A stretch of DNA of 64,000 nucleotides from Lytechinus pictus (lineage: Eukaryota). The stretch is taken from the NCBI RefSeq assembly GCF_037042905.1, contig NC_087251.1, positions 16,742,001-16,806,000 on the forward strand, given 5' to 3'. The notes under the pieces were generated by a model that did no database searches, was not told the DNA's origin, and saw only the letters and a list, made by a program, of their open reading frames with translations. Positions 61,501-64,000 of this stretch are shown piece after piece. A program made the position numbers and the translations under genes. How positions within the stretch are numbered: the stretch's first letter is position 1; the number at the start of each line of letters is the position of its first letter.

Positions 61501-64000
61501 AAATCATTGTTTTAATCTGGTGCAGAAAGTTTTTGTAATATGTCCTATCTAACATCATTCTTGAATTCGTTTCCATGAATTACAAAATGGTCAATGTGCC
61601 TAAAATCATGAAAATGCCCAAAGTGCATGGTCAAACAACCTTATGTATACTTGATGTAAAGGTTTTTATCACATTCATTAAGCTCTTGATTATTGGTGTA
61701 GTAGCTCACGCTGAAAATAATATTAAGCAACATTTGAGCCCTTTTTAAATCAAATAATGTGTGGTCACTAGAAATTATTGAGGAAAAGTGATCAAAATTA
61801 CCACAAAGTCCAATAGTTCGGCCAATAACACTGATTTATATGGAATCATTGCATTTATTTTCACCCAAAAGCTTTCAAACTTTTCCCATTTAACAATAAT
61901 CGACGCTAATATTAACACAATCCTGAATTGTCTCCTCACCATGTTCACTATAGGCTAATTTAGTATACACATTGGGCAGGGGACAATCTGGCCAAATAAC
62001 CAAGGTTGTCAAAATATTTTTGTGACACTCAATTTAAATGATTAATATACCAGTGTTAGGTGTCACAGCACACCCTTGTATCGATTATAGTTACATTCAA
62101 AGTATATTTGGATAAATTGAAGTATTGAACAGATGGTATTGGTCATTTGGGGGCCAAAGAGTGCCCAAAATGACCATAATCTGTTAAATGGGGTCATTAA
62201 GACTGACATATTGGGAATCAGCATGAAATTCTACACAAGAACGACCTATATGCATCATTCCCATTTTATAAAGTAGGAAGATAAAGCACACTGAAGACCT
62301 CAAATTCCTGCCGATTTGCACAGTTATTATGCAAATTGCACGAATGGTCAGTTACCCAAAATGACCCTCATAGGTCAAAAGTCAAAACTAATGATATAAA
62401 TGACATGAGGTCAAAATAATTTTGAAATGTTCATTTTAAAGGATTAATACACCAATGTTAGATGTCACAGCACATCCTGGTAACGATGCTGGTAACATTG
62501 AGGTATTTTGGATAAATTGAACTGATGTTATTGGTCATTTTTATGGCCATAAGTGGTTATGGCCATAAGTGGCCAAAATGACCATTAGGTGTTCAATAGG
62601 GTCATTAAGACTGATATATTTAGAATCAGCATAATATTCTATACAAGATGGACATTTAAATGCATTCCCATTTTATAAGGGAAGAAGATAAAACACGCTG
62701 AAGACCTCAAATTCCTGCCGATGTGCGAATGGTTAGTTATGTCTAAAGTACCCCCAAATGACCCTCATAGGTCAAAACTGATGGAATGAGGTCAAAATAA
62801 TCTTGAGATGTTCAATTTAGAGGATTAACTTATCCCAATAGTAGGTGTCGCAACACACCCTTGTAACGATTCTGGTAACGTTCAAAGTATTTGGGGGTAA
62901 AATGAACTGATGTCATTGGTCATTTTAAGGGCCATAAGTGGCCAAAATGACATTAAGCTGTTGAATAGTGTCATTAAGACTGATATATTTGGAATCTGCA
63001 TAAAATTCTACACAAGATGGATTTTTGAATGCATTTGCAATTTATATTGGGAAGAAGATAAACACGCTATAAGACCTCAAATTCCTGCCTACATGTGCAT
63101 GTCCACTTTATTATGCAAAACTTCGTGAATGGTCAGTTATGTATAAAGTACCCCAAATGACCCTCATAGGTCAAAACTGGTGGAATAAATTACATAAGGT
63201 CAAAATACTTTGTGAGATGTTCAATTTAAAGGATTAACACACCAATGTTAGGTGTCGCAGCACACCTTGTAATGGTTCTGATAACTTTCGAAGTATTTGG
63301 GGGTAAAATGAACTGTTACTGGCCATTTTGAGGGCCATAAGTGGTCAAAATGACCACAAGCTATTAAATAGGGTTATTATGACTGATATATTTGGAATCA
63401 GCATTAAAATTCTACACATGAAGGACATTTAAATGCATTCTCAGGGAAGAAGAAAAAATGCTGAAGACCTCAATTTCCTGCCTATTTGAACAGTCAATAA
63501 TGCAAACTGCGCGAATGGTCAGTTATGTCTTAAGTACCCAAAATGACCCTCATAGGTCAAAACTGACGGAATAAATTACATGAGGTTGATGCATGGTTAT
63601 GATCCAGCGCATATTTTGAAAATAAATGTGGATTTCTAAAAACATCCAGTCGTAGCTCTGATTAATATTTGTAACACATTTCGGCCAAAAAATCATGAAA
63701 ATTGTCATTTTTGGCCAAATTATGGCCAAAATGACCACTGCTTTTGTGATTTGGCAAATGAAAGCACTTTATCTGGAATCTGTGTGCATTTTTACTTAAG
63801 ATAGACCCTTTTAATTGCATGTGGCTACAAAAGCAGTCTGTTAAGGGACCATTTTCCAAAGAGTGGTCAAAATTGTCATTTTTGGTCAAAATTTGACCAA
63901 AATGACCAAAATGGCGTGAGTACGGTCAATAAGAGTGACATTTTTGGAATCAGCGCACAATTTTACCCCGGATAAGCTTGTCAAACCTTCCCCACCAAAA
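58584..64000. mobile_element. Large non-coding foldback element (>5.4 kb), right end beyond the window
   Basis: Sequence from 58584 onward is the reverse complement of the window end. Arms contain ~400-bp tandem units. Innermost inverted pair is 60788-60817 / 60951-60979. Confidence 0.88.

Noticed and set aside
58695..63889. Near-identical 75-aa ORFs on opposite strands
   Set aside because: By-product of the inverted arms; no recognisable domain.

Overview
AT-rich, intron-containing animal genomic DNA. The repeat families resemble those of a marine invertebrate such as a sea urchin, which is an inference. Three spliced genes can be reconstructed by hand with GT-AG introns and consistent phases: a two-exon two-pore (K2P/KCNK-family) potassium channel (+, 793-10009), a four-exon Churchill gene (CHURC1, +, 15984-28699) and a convergent eleven-exon TRMT6/GCD10 gene (-, 53633-34530). 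Introns and intergenic DNA are crowded with mobile elements. These include a young 5'-truncated Penelope-like element (RT + GIY-YIG) with a 13-bp TSD and a 3' hammerhead motif, two more hammerhead-bearing remnants (one is a 65-bp ribozyme-only insertion with an 11-bp TSD), an L2/CR1-type LINE split by a MITE, and Helentron/DINE-like elements. There are also many MITEs, a foldback nested in another foldback (both with 9-bp TSDs), a TIR element carrying a 110-bp satellite, a modular minisatellite and a >5.4-kb foldback running off the right edge. The most notable signals are the hammerhead cassettes, recurrent palindromic micro-insertions (TACATGTA/TAGGCCTA) that look like excision footprints, and three RFX X-box-like motifs inside a TRMT6 coding exon. 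I cannot establish a wholly new biological system from the sequence alone.
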